From contig JAVECO010000171.1 of NCBI GenBank assembly GCA_051942205.1, forward strand, positions 1 to 49,249: a stretch of DNA of 49,249 nucleotides, written 5' to 3'. Below, in pieces: positions 47,921 to 49,249 of this stretch; the stretch's first letter is position 1, and every line of letters starts with the position of its first letter. Origin of the DNA: Coniocarpon cinnabarinum (taxonomy: Eukaryota). The position numbers were made by a program, and so were the translations under genes. The notes under the pieces are model-generated. The model was not told the origin of the DNA and ran no database searches. It saw only the letters and a program-made list of their open reading frames with translations.

Positions 47921-49149
47921 GCAACCAGAGCTTCTCAGGCGAGCAGGTCTACAAAGGAATGCTTGAAGGATGTGAGGAAGAGGAAGGCGAGCAAGCAGAA
48001 GCGGGACAAGACGTCAATGATCCAAAAATTGTGCAAATCAAGCCAGGCAGCAATGGCGCTAGTGGAGCGAGTAATGGAGCGACGGCGGAGCCATGAGACC
48101 AGAGAAGGAAATGAAGCGGAGAAAAGGGAGCAAAGCGCTGGGAGGAGGTTTAAAGAGCGGAAGAAAAAGGTAGAGACAGAGGGTGGTAAGAAGGCGCGGA
48201 ATGCAAAGGGGAGGTTGGAAAAAAGTAGCTGTGCAGCTGCCGATCCAACAAGGAAGGGCGAAATCCACATCCAAGGCCTTCGGCAACGTCCCCATAAGCG
48301 AGCCTTGGTGATCGACCAGCTGAATGCGAAGACATCCATCTCGCACCGAGCGCACACAACGACCCATCCGGCATCGCAGAAGCGCAGCATGCAGGGGGAG
48401 CAGATGAACGAGGCATTGGAGCGGCTATCTCGAGGTCGTCACGAGCTGCACCAATTCCCACAGTGGGCCATCTACCCGCCCCCAGTCCCACACTCAATCT
48501 GCCATCTGCATGTGTGCTGTCGGCAACACCCTTCGAGTCCTAGTGGGCATGGTTCTCGGCTTGCACAACAGCAGCACGCCTGGCCAGTCAGTTCGACGTC
48601 GTCAGCTCGGTCTCCAGAAGTTGTCGAGGGAGACAAGGGAATTCGACGAATCTGAGATTACGGCCAGAACAGGCAGACCGGACTAGTGCAAGGACCCGTG
48701 CCAGCGACCAATCGGCGAGGCTGCTCGCTCCAGTCCCGGCCCCAAAGTTCCTCGGTCATGGTGGGGCGTTCTCGAGCGGAGCATCTCCACCGAGAGGTGC
48801 ACTGTTGCTTCGATCCGAACATCACGTGATAGAAAAGAAGACGCGGTGTCACCTGACTTAACGGTGCAGGGCCCGCAACCCTAACGGGCTTGTTTCTGGC
48901 ATCTCCGCCGCCTGCGTCCTCTCTCCACGCCTTCAAGTTGTGCATGTGTTTCAAGGTAATCGACTGGAGTGAGCGAAAGAGACCGCTTGTGCGTTACTGG
49001 GCGTCCCAACTTCCATTGTAGTCGGTCGCGTGCCTCCCGGCTTGGCCAGGATAGTCCCCAGTCCCCAGCTTTAACACTCAGACGTGAGACCCCTCCAAGC
49101 CCCCCTTGCGCTTTTCTTTCACTCGGTACACGCAATTCCAGCCCAACTC

Positions 49150-49249
49150 ATGGCCACAATCTCCCCACCTCCACGCAAAAAGCGTCGCGTCAACGCCGCC
49201 ACCACATCTTCCCACGCGTCCACCTCCGCCACGACTCCCACCACCCCAA
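49150..49249 (+). CDS. 5' end of a probable nuclear protein, truncated by the window edge
   Basis: ATG in good context; MATISPPPRKKRRVNAATTSS.. with an SV40-type NLS; open to the end of the window. Confidence 0.55.
   Translation, partial: MATISPPPRKKRRVNAATTSSHASTSATTPTTP

Noticed and set aside
47891..48655. 254-aa Lys/Arg/Glu-rich ORF
   Set aside because: Probably a by-product of the purine-rich strand opposite the CT-rich PHD leader; no domain recognised. It cannot be fully excluded without expression data.

Overview
Intron-containing genomic DNA of a filamentous ascomycete (Pezizomycotina), inferred from the RIP signature, short GT-AG introns with CTRAY branch sites and the gene families present. 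Bases 1-~3290 are an AT-rich, RIP-mutated block: a minus-strand Ty3/Gypsy retrotransposon (RT, protease, gag zinc knuckle, 186-bp LTR, self-priming-type PBS) that appears nested in a second degraded element. Directly beside it lies a candidate non-self-recognition trio: a HeLo-like/NACHT/ankyrin NLR, a stand-alone HET-domain gene and a LITAF gene. The middle is mostly housekeeping and metabolic genes: ERG26-like SDR, dienelactone hydrolase, THOC5, GGTase-I beta, GH79, Spd1-like RNR inhibitor, ALDH, GPR1/FUN34 transporter, LHS1, a peroxisomal thioredoxin-fold protein, PIS1, a GliT-like oxidoreductase, SUR7/PalI and an alpha/beta-hydrolase. Interspersed are a second, large HET gene with a Cys/His-rich module, tRNA-Arg(UCG), a ribokinase pseudogene, a second NACHT protein with an unrecognised C-terminus, a probable 2EXR pseudogene, a PHD-finger gene and a gene cut by the window edge. 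Exon boundaries were derived by hand and all family calls come from motif recognition, not database searches.
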